A stretch of DNA of 64,000 bases from Haplodiscus bocki (taxonomy: Eukaryota): NCBI GenBank assembly GCA_965655095.1, contig OZ296654.1, forward strand, positions 87,172,001 to 87,236,000, written 5' to 3'. Below, piece by piece: positions 25,401 through 38,420 of the stretch (the first letter of the stretch is position 1; each line of letters starts with the position of its first letter). The notes under the pieces were generated by a model. The model ran no database searches. It was not told where the DNA came from and saw only the letters and a program-made list of their open reading frames with translations. The translations under genes were made by a program, and so were the position numbers.

Positions 25401-28400
25401 CGAAACTCTGGAATTTTGAGTTTTTGATTTATTCTCATAAGCTGAAGAGTATGCCTAAACTTTCTCCCTAAATCGCTTTTATACCTAAAAAATTGAAATA
25501 TATGTTAAATCCATTCTGTGAAAAAAAACACTATTATCAACTACTATTTTCTTCACTCATTTTGCGGTAAATAGGCTATTTGACACGAATTTGTCAGTGA
25601 GCATTTTGAACAAAATTTTGAGTCGGATTATAAAAGGTGTATCCGGCAATGGTACCATTATTTAGAAAAGTGTTTATAGCAGGCGCTTTTAAATTACGTA
25701 TAATAGGCCGACTATTACAATGGCTAGTTTTCTTTCGACGTGTATTGGATGAAAATGGATAGCGATTTCGTGCATAAATGGTGTTGACAAAAATAAATTA
25801 CACTTACAACATAAGTGCACCCCTTCAAGTAGGTATTGGTATAAATTTTTGTAAAGAAGTGCGCAATTTTCAAGTAAAAACAGAAAACGCAGAAAGTGAA
25901 AGAATAATTTCCTTCCATATTGAAAAATAAGTGGGGTGACTTACGTTAAAACAGAAGTTACGGAAAATACGCAAATCATCCAGAAAAAAGGATCGAGGGT
26001 CAAGATGACGAGGCATTTCAGTTATCGTCTCATCTTCAAACGCAACCTTGTAAGAGAATGATGGAATTAGACTTGAAATCAACAGAGAAAGCGACTTTAC
26101 GCCCCGACAGTCCCACAAACATCCATCGCGTTGTTGTCAATTGCTTTGCAATGAAAAAAGTACCGAATATTGAGGGAGAGATTATAGTGCAGCCTAATGC
26201 GGTAGTACCTTTCAGATTTTCCTGATTTTTGTTCATTAACCAGAAAATACTATCTTAGTTTTGCACGAAAAAAACCGCACATCGCTAAAAATCAAAATTC
26301 TGACAATTTGGGAACAAAAGTATCGGATTCAGTTCACAACATTGGCCGTATTTTTACCTGAAAAACTCCTGCAAAAAGAATTTTTCGAGTGAGACAATTA
26401 GACAATAAATCAAGTCGGTAGTTTTGCAGGAATGTGATATTGAAAAGCTCTGACGAAAGAAAAAATTTTGGCCTTTACTGACTATCAAGCTTCTGATGAA
26501 TGGACGACCACTCTTTCTGAAACTATTTATAGGAAAATATTACTGGCTGTGAACTTTTTGGAAAAAATACCGTGGCTTGCTTTGTGGGAAAACGATCTTA
26601 AAAGTCGAATAAAATCAGGTCCGACGCTTTTGGTCTATTGGGGTTAATTTTACCATGAAACGTTCAACAAACAGGAGCTGTCGATTGAGATTTTGATGGA
26701 AGAGTTGCAGCCAGTATTTTTTCAGAAAATCGAGTTTTAAAATCAAGAGGAATCGGATGAAAATAATGTTTCTGGCAAAACTGGCCATTAAAGTTTTAGT
26801 TATGATTGGTTTCGTACTATCAAGTAAACGGTGCAAGTATAAGAAGGCTCTTCTTCAATACCTTTCTCGAATTTTAAAAGTGTCAATTAAAACTCGACGA
26901 AAAAAATTCACCCTCTAACTCTCAAGCAAAAATATAGTTGAAATCTGAAAACATCAAAAACAACTGCAGTTTTTAACATTAACAATATCGATTATTCGAT
27001 GCCAAACAAAAATTGGCTGTATTTTTGCCTACTTCTTTTCTTCACATTGAAAGTATTCAATTGAAATTTTGCTTGAAGAAATCCAGTCGTGGGTGTTGTA
27101 TTATTAGGTAATTGAAGGTCCTGAAAAATCAACAGCATTGGACATTTTCGAAAATTGGGAAGAATTGATTAAACGATGCAAGAAACGATGTCCGCTGTTT
27201 TTTTTGTATTTTTTAATCAAAACATACCAAGTTCTCCATTGGACCTTGTTTGAAGAGTTTTATCCGGTAGCTTGGAAAAATAATAGCTTTTGAATATCCA
27301 TAAAAATATTTACCGGTGGCACTTTTTGGTATTTCAAGCATCCGATGCAAAAACCAGCAGTAACATCCTGAAAAAAAACTGTTTAACAAATAAAATGCGA
27401 GACCAATGGTAGCTCTGTACAAAGTCAACTTTAAAGACCAAATTAAATCCACTTCTTACAACTGACACGTTGTAGTACCAACATCGACCAATTTTAATCA
27501 GAACACCTTCTGCTGAAAGAAAGCTCTTGAAAGAGAGATCAACAGAAAAAATGCAGTCATAATCAAACGTTTAACAGAAAATGATTTTTGCAATCTTGAA
27601 AAACCGACATCAATTACGCTTTGGGTTCGAAGTTAGGGCTGCCAAAGAAGTCATTATTAACGGTAATTTTATTTCTTTTTTAGACCAACAAGTTTTCAGT
27701 GATAGTAAAATAAGCAACCTTCTCACTGAGATTTTTTTTCTGAGATGAAAAGCAGTCTGTTGGCACCTCAATTGAGCAAATTTTTTCGTTTTTGTTCAAA
27801 ATAGTCTAACAGGAGAGGTTTAAATCATTACGATTGACCCCTTAATGGCGATTTTTGCTCTGTCAGGTAACTGATGCAAGTAGCAATGGCCAACTGTTTT
27901 GTAAAATCTTTTGCTCCGACGAAACTGTCTAAATTGCCCCTGATGGAAGAAATCCAGCCCATAATTGTTCAAGAGAGTGATTTTCGAAATCTTGAGACAA
28001 CATTACCGATTTCAGTTTTTTGACATTTGGAACGTTAATAAATTGATATAAGTCCACAAATCGGTTGTGTTTTTACTTTTGCCTCTTTTGGAACCCATTG
28101 ACCGTTTTGGCGTATTTCCTGCTACAACAGTCTTGGAATGTTTCTTTTTATAAACTCCATTCCTAAATCCGTTGGCGCTAGGATCACCTCAGTCAATGCT
28201 TCATCCTCTTGCCACGTTTTTCTGTTTTAGATGATGGAAGTCCAGTCGTTGATTCTACAGAAATGCGTTCCCGAAAGTCACAAAAGCCCATAAGCTTTTT
28301 TGGTTTTTGAAATAACCGGATACTCAGTAATCCTGTCAAATAACAAAAACGGCTCCGTTTTTGACAAATTGGTTTCTGAACATACCAGCCTCTCCTTTAG

Positions 28401-29271
28401 GACCTGCCCGGTGATCTAATGTTTCTACAAAATTATTTTTGGCATTCCATAAAAGTCTTTGCCAAAGGCACTCTCTTCACTTTTCAGCCTGTCAGAAATA
28501 CCTCCGTACTGGCTTAGTTGCTACACTCACAGAAAACAGGTTGTAAAGACATCCGATGCATGTTACAGCATGCAAAGGTTCTCAATTTATTTTTCGGAAA
28601 GTAGGATGTTGCCGAATCAGACCGTGATTGAAGAATTTCAGCCCCTAGTTTTGATTGAAATTTAACTTTGAAAAAATAAGAAAATCATCCACAAAAGAAC
28701 TTTTGTTAACTTCTGACCGACCGTTATCTTATGCACATTTCAAAAATGGCTATTTTTTACCCAATTCCTTTCTGCACATGAAAACGTCTCCATTTGAAAT
28801 TTGGTAGAAAGAATGCAGTCTCTAGTTTTGAATAAAATGCTTTTGACTATCTTGGAAATTTCACAACAAGAGAAGTTTTTGGTTGTAGAACCTTCACAAC
28901 GAATCATTCCCTCGAAAACGTTCTCCATTTACTTCTGTTGTTCAGGGCCCAGAAAGTTGGAAGCAGTATTCCAAGAAACAAAATGGCAATTTTTTAAAGT
29001 AGAATAATTTCTCCAAGTAAAATTTGATTGATTTTTCTAGTTTTATCCTAATTGAGATTTTTCCGTAGCATTCAAAAAATACAATGGTGAGAAAAGCTAC
29101 CGTTTTTCTATCAGACTGGAAGAAGAAAATTCTTAAAACTTTGTGTGAATAAAATTAAACTTTTTTAGATTTTAGAATTCGTGTTTTTATAGGTGAAAGG
29201 AATGGATGTTACGTGAAAATTTTAAATGTCTGCATGTAGTGGGTATTGGTCCTGGCAATCACCATGGTTAT

Positions 29272-29273
<2 letters not shown>

Positions 29274-29334
<61 letters not shown>
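29274..29334. repeat. (GT)n microsatellite
   Basis: About 30 perfect GT units. Confidence 0.98.
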
Positions 29335-29335
<1 letters not shown>

Positions 29336-29589
29336 ATATCAATTTCATGGGTTAACCGTCAAAAAACTGTTTGAATTCATCTCAGAATTCTGTCATGTAT
29401 CTTCTGTCAAACAGTCAAATCATTTCATAAACGATTCTAGTTCTTGAAATTCGTATGTTGAAGGAGTCAAGGAGTTGAGATTTTTAACCGCCAAACGGTT
29501 CATTACGTCATCTTTGATAAGTCCTGTTCCAGCTTTCTTCTGATGCTGTTTTGAGTTTTCAGACCTCTAAGTCTGTAATCTAGCGTCCC

Positions 29590-29823
29590 AGTGCTTGGGA
29601 TCTCTGTTTTCTTGCCAAGAAAAACCCAAGATTTTTGAGATTTTTGTCAAGATCTTGCAATTATGCTTGGCAAGGTACGCAGGATTTTGCAAGATTTTTC
29701 AAGATCGTGGAAAAAATCCGAGAATTCCATCATTTTAACAAGAAATCAGAAATAATTTAAGAAATCTGCACTAGTTCTTGAAATCAAAGATCCTGGCAAG
29801 AAAAACCCAAAAAATCTTGGCAA
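29590..29823. repeat. Low-complexity repeat rich in CCAAGA/TCTTGG/CTTGGCAAG motifs (related patch at about 20805-20920)
   Basis: Multiple caaga/tcttg motifs in both orientations. Confidence 0.45.
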
Positions 29824-32800
29824 TTATTGAAGGCGTCTTGGAGAAAAAGTATTGCAGTATTTTGTTATAAATATTGTAGTACTGAAGTATTTTAGAATAC
29901 CTCTTTGGTTGTTTTGCCAGTCTGTCAGAAGTTCATCCCGAATTCCCCTTTCTTGTACTGACCTCATCAAACTTGTTCGATAAATTATGTAATAGAAACC
30001 TGCCACAAGTTTTGCGTGTAAAGTACCGTAAAGTCCTGAACTGTCCTCAATTTTGGCACCCGACAGTCATTGTTGGGCTGGAGAGAAAAAGGGTAGTTGA
30101 TCTAATGGTGACTCTCAGGCTTAGCCTCTGACAATTGGAGACCTAAAATCATTTTTTAAAACTCTGAGCATGGTCCTGAAAGTGAGTGAAAATTCACTCA
30201 CTATCGACAAACATATATTCACAAAGAAAGTTATATACCGAATTAGGTAAAATAGCAGAATTTCAACGAAAAGTAAAAGTTTTTAAAAGTTTGACCTTAT
30301 CCTTTTGTCAGTTCTCTCTGATGGTGCTGGGTCTGGTTGAAAAAAAGGCGAGTTATGAATTTCCAGCCTTTCTAATTTCTGGATGTCCTTTTGTTTGCTC
30401 AGCATGTTGCAAAAGTCTTTGTGCGATGACTCCGAATTATGGACGCAAAGTTGAAATATTCAATTTGTCAAAATCTAAACTGCAACGGCTTGGCTCAAAT
30501 TTTCCGTTGCAGAAAAAGTCTTGCTGACAGATGCTCGGTAGAGAAAGCGAAAACTCAACAATGTAACATTCGATTTCGCTATAGTTCGCGCTCCGAAAAA
30601 GCTGTTTTTTGAGAGAGTAACTTCTAGTTTCTCTGTCCAAGTCGGAAGATTGTTCGGATCAAATTGCGTAAAGACACTCTGTAACAATAGGAAATCGAGT
30701 TGTGTCTGCCAATAGTTACAATTTAAGAGAAACACAGTAAGGCAAGCCTAATTAATTTATTTAGCGATATACAAAGTATATGCGTGTCCTTTTGAGTTGA
30801 TGTTTTGGAAGTCTTGTGAGCAAAAAAGTCCTTGAAGTTGCGAAAAGGGTGAACGAATTTGATTCAAAGTTTTAACAGTGTCTGAAATTGATGCCACAGC
30901 AACTAGGATACAGAAATTAACGTTTCTACATTTCTGGGTTTTCCTCTATTTAGCGATAAACTCCTGTGGTACATAGCAATTGGTGTTCAAACAATCACCA
31001 CGCCTAACTCATAGCGAAAATATTTACTGAAACAATACTCTGGTTGTGACTTACAAATTTCATGGAAAAATGTGAAAAAAAACTTCCATCAGACTTTTAT
31101 TCCACATGACCCAAAAAAAAGAAAACAGAGGTGTGCCAACAATAACTTTAGCAACGCCCTAACAGAAAAAAAAACAAAAACATATCAGTTACTAAAACGG
31201 ATCGCTATTAGCGAAGGAAGAACTCTTAGCGTCGCTATTAACTGTTTTCGCAACACTTCGTCCTCTTCGTCCTTCATAAAATAAACTCAAATGGCATTGT
31301 GAGTTCTCGGTCTTTCGAACACTTCGGAACCAGTTTTTTGACTTCTTGTTGGTATATTCATTTTATTCAGATAACAGAATCAGATTCAGAATACACTAAA
31401 ATCGCACAAAACTCTGCACTTCGTATTTGAACACTGATAATTCATTCTTAAATGTGCGATGTTTTTGTAAAAAATTCCGTTCCCGTCGTGGTACCCATTT
31501 GTTTCAATCATTATAAAACTAGACTACGAGCATGAACCGGTTTGTATTTTTCATCAAACTTAAGCTAAAGTTGCTTAAACTTTTGTTTGGATAACCACCA
31601 AATGGGATGAACGAGAACCTTTTCTATACTGAATGAATTATTTAAAGAACTGATTCGAAAATTACGCCTCAAGCCCCAACTCTAAATTTGTTGCACCTTC
31701 ATCACCAAAAAAGTCCCTTTGTTTTTAGGAACAAACGAGAAAGGTCTGCTTCAACCAAAATATTGCCGAACTAGCATCAAGAGAAAAGCGATTTAAAATT
31801 CACGCACGTCGACGAAAAGCCTACAAATGTCGTACGGAACTGAAGCTGTTGCCCTGAGAGCAGAAACTATGACTTAATCAGCAGTTGGGCAAAACCACCA
31901 AAGACTTGTTTCCTTATATTTCATAGACAACAGACAGGTTTTCTCAATGTGTTTCTAAATCACAAACGTATAACTACGGCCAAACAATCATGAAGAGGAT
32001 GATATTAAAAACATCAAAATGTGCCGCTCTTGGTTCTTAAGGGCGAGAACTAGAAGAACACTGTTGCCCTTTTCTCTCCATTATTGGTTAACACAATGGT
32101 TTAATAAAAAACAGCAGCAATTAATATTTTATAACACCCATTTGATATAACTAACTATTCTATTGTCTTCTTGTCTTAGGCTGCCGCCTGTGCCGGCTTA
32201 ACTTCCACAGTCAATTTTGACAATCAAAACTCGATCGTACAAGGATATCCGTTGCCCTTATTTGAAGATCAAAACTGATGAAACTTTGATTGAACAGATT
32301 ATTGGATAAAAGTCCTGCCTTATTTTACAAAATATGATGAACTTATGCCTATACACATACACATAAAAAAGCATACGTATATTTATGTAACAACGCGCAA
32401 AATCCATACTATTAACGAACATGTTAGCAACTATTGCACACTGGTGGAAAAAAATGTTAAGAGTGCCCAACTGACGCGCAGTACCAAACTTAACCCTGAT
32501 TGGTCAAAACAACTATTTTTGCTCAAATTTTGACCAAATAACAACACTGCTTGAGAGGGGTCAAAACTATAGACATTAAGACCTACTTTTGACCATTTTT
32601 GTCAAAACAGGTGGTCGCTCTTAAATAAAAGGCAAACTACGGCAAAATGTAGTCACAGCTGCTAAAGTCTGACCACGTTTAGTTAAACGATTTCGCTATG
32701 TAATATACAAGCATATAATTACTTATTGTGCTAACCCCAATTATCCGATGCTTACCACTAGTGAAAAACCAGTGAAATTATTACTTGGTCAAAAATCGGT

Positions 32801-33169
32801 CATAGTAACCATCTTTTGACCACCAAACGTCAAAATTAAACCAATCAAGGGCATGCAATTTATTGATAACTTTTGTGTCATTCTCATTAAATTATTAGAT
32901 AATGGAATCTGAGATTATAATATTTAGGAACCCCCCCCCCGATGCATGACCATAAACAGCCCTAGTAACCAATCATAATCCACAGGGAATACTGGATCCC
33001 TTGACCCGAGACCTTTATGAAATGGATCCGACATGCAATCATGTTTCTATTAATCTTCAACTTCCTTTCGTATTTTTACTTTTATATTCTGCTGGTCATG
33101 ATTTTTCCGGCATCTCCCCTTTGTTGTTTTACTCAGTTGCTTCTTTTAAAATGATATCACAATGACGTA

Positions 33170-34090
33170 ATGTAATACGCAGAATATATCCTTTGATATT
33201 TCAATTTGGTTAGAGTTATGGTTATGACGTCAGGAAATTGACCTTTCCGATTGGTTGACGAACATAAGGTCAAAGGAGGGACCGAAAACTGGACCTGACC
33301 TGGAGCTGCAATGAGAGAAAGAACTAACGCTTCTACCAAACAGTTGTGCTGAGCAATCAATTGGAAAACCCTCAAAACATCCTTGCAAGGCAATTGCCCA
33401 AACTCTTCATCTAAATTGAAAACCTTCATTTTAAAATTGCCATTTTGTTCGGTTATTCTTCTTTTATGAAGATTCATTTGTCGTTTGATTTATTATTGAT
33501 ATTTCAAGTGCAATTCATCAACTAAAGCAAACATACTTTCCACTTGTAAGAAAAAGCAGTCAAATAGAAGGCTTCTCAGCCAATTAGATGACTTCGGCCC
33601 AGATATTATTTTTTACAACACTATGAGCGATAGGCAAGAAAATGCTACAGTCAATGGAGGTTCTGGTGACCAGGAATTCATCGTTGATAATCTTGGTAGT
33701 AATTTAGCACCAAATGAGAAATTGGTGAAGATGAAAAAATTGGAAAGATGCGTTAATGAAGGGATTGATAGGAAAATGGGTAATATTGTTGACACTGTCG
33801 AAAATAGGATTCAGAACGCAAATTTGAGCGCAATTGATAGTATTATTACTCCCAAAATTAAATTAGCAATTACTTCAATAAACGTGTCCTCTGGACGAGA
33901 AGCGACCGGTGTCATAGCGAATTCAGAACGTAGGGAACACATTGCCCGTTTTTAAACCGTTTCCGAAGAGAATAATACACTACATGTGTTTAAAACGAAT
34001 GAAGAGATTCGAATTGATATTTTGGACGATGTAAGTGAATTGTCGGTCCCAGGAACACATTTTGACCGGCAACCACACACTCATCACAAT
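33170..34090 (+). mobile_element. Possible LTR plus 5' leader/gag-like fragment of a degenerate LTR retrotransposon
   Basis: A segment starting TGTAAT with an ATTGG box, followed by a decayed helical ORF (33623-33955, ERCVNEGIDRKMGNIVDTVENRIQNA). No second LTR is visible. Confidence 0.3.
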
Positions 34091-35306
34091 TCTTAAAAAA
34101 CTAAATGGGAAAAAGTTGGCAAACTAGTCGCACCGGATCCACATTTTTTGGGCTTGCTGCTTAACACATTTTTCGCCGAGGTGGTTTTCAAAAAAATGAA
34201 TGCTGTAAAATGTGAATCTATTCGATCTGGTTTTGCGGTGCCTGCAAATGGAGACACTATGAACAAATTCCTAATCAAAGAGGTCAATTAGCAACATACT
34301 TGATGTCTCGATATGTGACCTACCATGCACTTATTTCGAGAACCGTGAAATTGACAAGCTAGGATGCCTCATCTAAGATTTGTATTGAAAAATTATAAAG
34401 CGCAATGCACTTCAGGTAGTTGACGTTGAACCTCAGCCAGGTAAGTTTGGGAGAATTGGAAAATTGCAGTGAAAATCTCTTGGAAACTTGAAATTGACTG
34501 ATTTCTGATAAGTTCATAAACTTGGCTGACTTCGTACTTGCTCCTAGTAATTCTACTAAGGTAAAATTTTTGACAGAAATTGACATGTAACATTTTTGAA
34601 GTGTTTTGAAACGTTGTGACGAGAAGCGATAATATGGCAAACCAGCTCAAGATTTTCCAGATCAGCAACAAACCTGATATAGGAAACCAGCAAAAACTCC
34701 GACCACGCGAAATATTTGAATAGATTTCAATCAAATGTACAAGTTGATATTAAAGCAGAAAATGGCTAAACGAGCCGAATTTTAATTATAAGAAAACAAT
34801 TCTACGTAAGCCATCTCTGCTTGTTCCTAAAAAACGACGGTGCAGAAAACATTCGACTTGTCTTGGTCAAAAGAGCACAAATAGTACTCTAACTGCACTG
34901 GCGCCGCTTTAAAGCAGCCTATTGTTTTTTTTCAATTTTTGTAATCCCTATGAATTAAAAGCGTAAACTGTTCATATTCTTGACTGACATTATCTTCAGT
35001 TCTGGCGGGAGTGAAAATTCGCTCACAATAGGAAAACCTAGCTTGCCAAGGAAAATCAAACAAGTCTTTTCAGTGTGACTTCAACGCAAACTTTTAGTCT
35101 TTCAGTGTTTGACCATTGTCGATCTCTCCCCCCTCCCGCTTCTTGTGGGTGCTTCGTGGTGAAACACAAAAGGGAGCTGGTTATGGATTTCCCGGGTTTT
35201 TAACTTCTGGATGCTCTATTGTCTGCCCAGCATGTTGCAAAAGTCGATGTGTAATGACCTCGAATTTTTACCCAAAGTTCTACGACTTCTAAAATCTTCA
35301 CTTCAA

Positions 35307-35561
35307 CCCGGGTTGAAGTCCCAGAGATAACAGCGCTGTTTCAGAGATTTGAAGTTTTTAGCGCTGATTCAGAGAACATACAAAACATCAGCGCTGATCA
35401 GCAGCGCAGTTTCAGAGAAAATCAGCGTTAAAAGAGCGCTGCTCGGGGCTGAAACAGCACTGTTCAGAGGTTTTTAGGTTTTGAACAACGCTGAAACAAA
35501 CCTGAAATTATTCTGAATCAAAACTGTTCAGCCCTGAATGTCTCAGAGACGTCAACCCGGG
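35307..35561. mobile_element. MITE-like element with CCCGGGTTGA termini and an internal CAGCGCTG-rich minisatellite
   Basis: Left end CCCGGGTTGAAGTCCCAGAGA matches the reverse complement of the right end, CCCGGGTTGACGTCTCTGAGA, at 18/21 positions. Confidence 0.65.
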
Positions 35562-35597
35562 AAAGCTTAGTCCAAGCTTTCCATTACACAACAACGC

Positions 35598-35657
<60 letters not shown>

Positions 35658-35668
35658 CATTATTATTA
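35598..35668. repeat. (ATT)n microsatellite
   Basis: More than 20 ATT units. Confidence 0.97.
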
Positions 35669-36867
35669 ATATTATATAATAATAGGAGAATATCATACGA
35701 GAAGTTACAATTGTAAGAGCTGAAAATGCCTATTTTGATTTTTTCCTTATTATTTCCTCACAAAAAAAACGTTTTGATAGTGTTTTCACGTTTTCAGAAA
35801 ATAAAACCTTGACTATTATGGCGGCTAGTTTTCACCCTATATTCGACGGAAGAAGTGTGCTCAATTTTTTGCAAGCTGGACACAAAAAAACAGGGTATCA
35901 GAGTAAACAACAGTAGAAAAATAGACAACTTTTCACAGCGCCAGTGGGTCCCCTATACGAAATTTTTCCACTGAGTGATACACCAGCCTTTTCGGCAAAA
36001 AAAATGTTTTTCCCCTTTTGCCTTTTCAAAAATTTTTGAGAACCAAGATTTTTAGAACACTGGGGTGTAAAACTTAAAAAACCTTTTCGGTTCAGCGAGA
36101 CACTTCTTGCCCCTTTCTCACTGACCGGTTAGTATACTCAAACTTGTTTGCTTTTGCGTAATCCTAAAGTACACCGAAAAGACAACTATTGAAAATTTTC
36201 GGCATTCATGCCCCCTTCTAAATTTTGTTTCAAAAAAAGGAATTTTAAACCATTGCTCAAACATTTTTCCCTCATGCCCCGTTTTCGCATTTGCAAAAAA
36301 AGTTTTCGGCAATCAAAAAAATTTCGTAGGGCCACCACTACTTTGATTGATTGTTCTACACATAATTCAGAGGGCAAATATCAAGCTTTCGTATACGCAT
36401 ACATATATGCAAGACACAAATCTGAACGAAACCATCCTGAATCTCAGTTTCACATTTCGAGCAAAACTTTGGCGCTTTCGCTTACAAATCGTGAACATAA
36501 ATAAAATAGTATATTGCGGATTTGCCACTAACCTCGCTTCGCTCGCCTAGTAGCAATTACGACAATATACCCGTTCCCTACGCTTCGCTCCGGTCACTTA
36601 TATTATTGCTCAGCTCTTTGAGCTTCGCCTTCTTGACTCGCTTCTACGAATCTCGTGGGATGCTCGCTTCCGTCTCGCATAATTGAATATCATTCGCGAC
36701 AATATTAGTTTATTGCTCGCCTTTTCGAAGCTCTATCAAGCTCGTTTCTGACTTTAATGAAAGGTTTTATCGTTTTATATTTCTTTGTAGAATAGACGGT
36801 CATAAAACTAATGGATTTCCAAAAGATATTCTTATCAGAAAATACAAATATAATCTAGATGATGTAA

Positions 36868-37152
36868 TCAATTTCTTTTAATTATATTGCGCTTTTCTTT
36901 AACTAACTGGAAAATTTCATTGCGTATTAATTCGGCTTTAATACATATATCATCGAATCCCTGAGCAATAAACGACATATGTATATTGTCGAGAATACGC
37001 AATACACTCGCTAATTTCTTTGAATCAAGACCTCCAATTTCGTTCACTAATACACCTCTAACACGAATAATTTTTTTATAAACATCTTCCTCCAAATACT
37101 TAACAAAAAACAAATCGTTTATATATAAAATTATATCATTTACAGTCTTCAT
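36868..37152 (-). CDS. Intact 94-aa helical hypothetical protein inside the left TIR
   Basis: TAAATG start, no disruptions, identical to 58070-58354. Confidence 0.7.
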   Translation of the reverse strand: MKTVNDIILYINDLFFVKYLEEDVYKKIIRVRGVLVNEIGGLDSKKLASVLRILDNIHMSFIAQGFDDICIKAELIRNEIFQLVKEKRNIIKRN

Positions 37153-37789
37153 TTATATATAATAAAATTATAAGATTTCTTTTTATTAGATAGAATTCTT
37201 TCATGATATCTCGCATTTCTTTGACCACGTAAATAATATAGTATAATGCGGTTTTGCCACTAACCTCGCTTCGCTCGCCTACTAACAAATCCGACAATTA
37301 TACCCGCTCGCTCATTCGCTGCGCTCACTCACCGGCTCCTTCGCTTTCAGCTCACATCGCCTTTCGCTTATATTGTTGCTCAGCTCTTCGAGCTTCGCCT
37401 TTTTCGACTCGCTTCTACGAAGATCGTGGGATGCTTGACTGACGTCTTGCATAACAGATATACAATCATTTACCTGTGAATTTCCACCAAAGAAAATCAT
37501 GCTCGAACTAAGTATAAATGCATGAAAGTGTGTATAAATAATTCCGGATTGATGTGACCGTAGAATTGAAAAGAAGAATTACACAAAAAAAGACACAAAA
37601 ATTTACACAAAAATTTACACAAACATTCACACAAAAAATTACACTGGAAATTACACAACAGTGTAAAAATTTGTGTAAATTACACCAGAGTGCACACTAC
37701 AGTGTAAAAAATTGTGTAATATGTTTTCACTATGTGAGCTCGATGTGAGATATATCATTCTATAGCCTATTAAAAAATAAATGTACCCT

Positions 37790-38420
37790 GATACTTTCAA
37801 CTTCGTATCTATGATAAACCTCGAGAAAACTGACAAAGTCAGTATTGTCAACATACTTTAAACAGGTAGAGATTATAAAGTTTTAACCTACAAAAAGGAG
37901 TGATTTATCATTGGATAGCCCGTTAAAAGTTTAGTTAACCCTGAAAAACTCGACTTTGTATCTATTATAACCCTCGAGAAAATTGACAGAATCAATATAT
38001 GTCGACATACCTTAAACATGTAGAGATTATAAAATCTTGAGCTACAACAAAGTGTGATATATCATTGGATAGCCCGTTAAAAGTTTAGTTGACCCTGAAA
38101 AATTCAACTTTGTATCTATTATGATCTTCGAGAAAATTGACAAAGTCAGTATTGAATGTCGACATACCTTAAACATGTAGACATTATAAAACATTGAGCT
38201 ACAATCAAGTGTGATACATGTTTGATAGCCCGTTAAAAATTTATTTTACACTGAAAATGTCAACTTTTCTATCTATTATAGTCTTCGACAAAACTGACAA
38301 AGTCAGTATTGTCAACATACTTTAAACATATCGAGATTATAAAATTTTAAGCTACAACAAAGTGTGATATAACTTTCGATAGCTCGTTAAAAGTTTAGTT
38401 TACCATGAAATTTTGAACCC
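37790..38420. repeat. Four tandem subterminal units of about 155 bp
   Basis: GATTATAA anchor at 37871, 38025, 38182 and 38335 (periods 154, 157, 153). Confidence 0.9.

Noticed and set aside
29226-29447. ORF with a CVCVCV run (and the poly-Ile ORF at 35508-35696)
   Set aside because: These are translations of the (GT)n and (ATT)n microsatellites.
36494-36499. 6-bp TSD for the Polinton (AACATA versus GACCTA at 58762-58767)
   Set aside because: Only 4/6 match. The alternative AG...CT ends (36508/58753) give no direct repeat either, so no TSD is claimed.
37255-37335. Similarity to the AAV ITR Rep-binding element and to plasmid single-strand-origin sequences (GCTCGCTC, GCGCTCACT)
   Set aside because: Short low-complexity match, and no HUH/Rep gene is visible. 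Insufficient evidence for homology or vector contamination.
37254-37854. ORFs 37254-37442, 37312-37500, 37554-37748, 37651-37854 and their mirrors at 57368-57968 and 58536-58739
   Set aside because: They are translations of non-coding terminal motifs and repeats, and recur only because the DNA is repeated.
37790-38420. 155-bp array and the 31-bp array at 59383 as CRISPR-like loci
   Set aside because: Both are contiguous tandem units with no unique spacers, there are no cas genes, and the context is eukaryotic.
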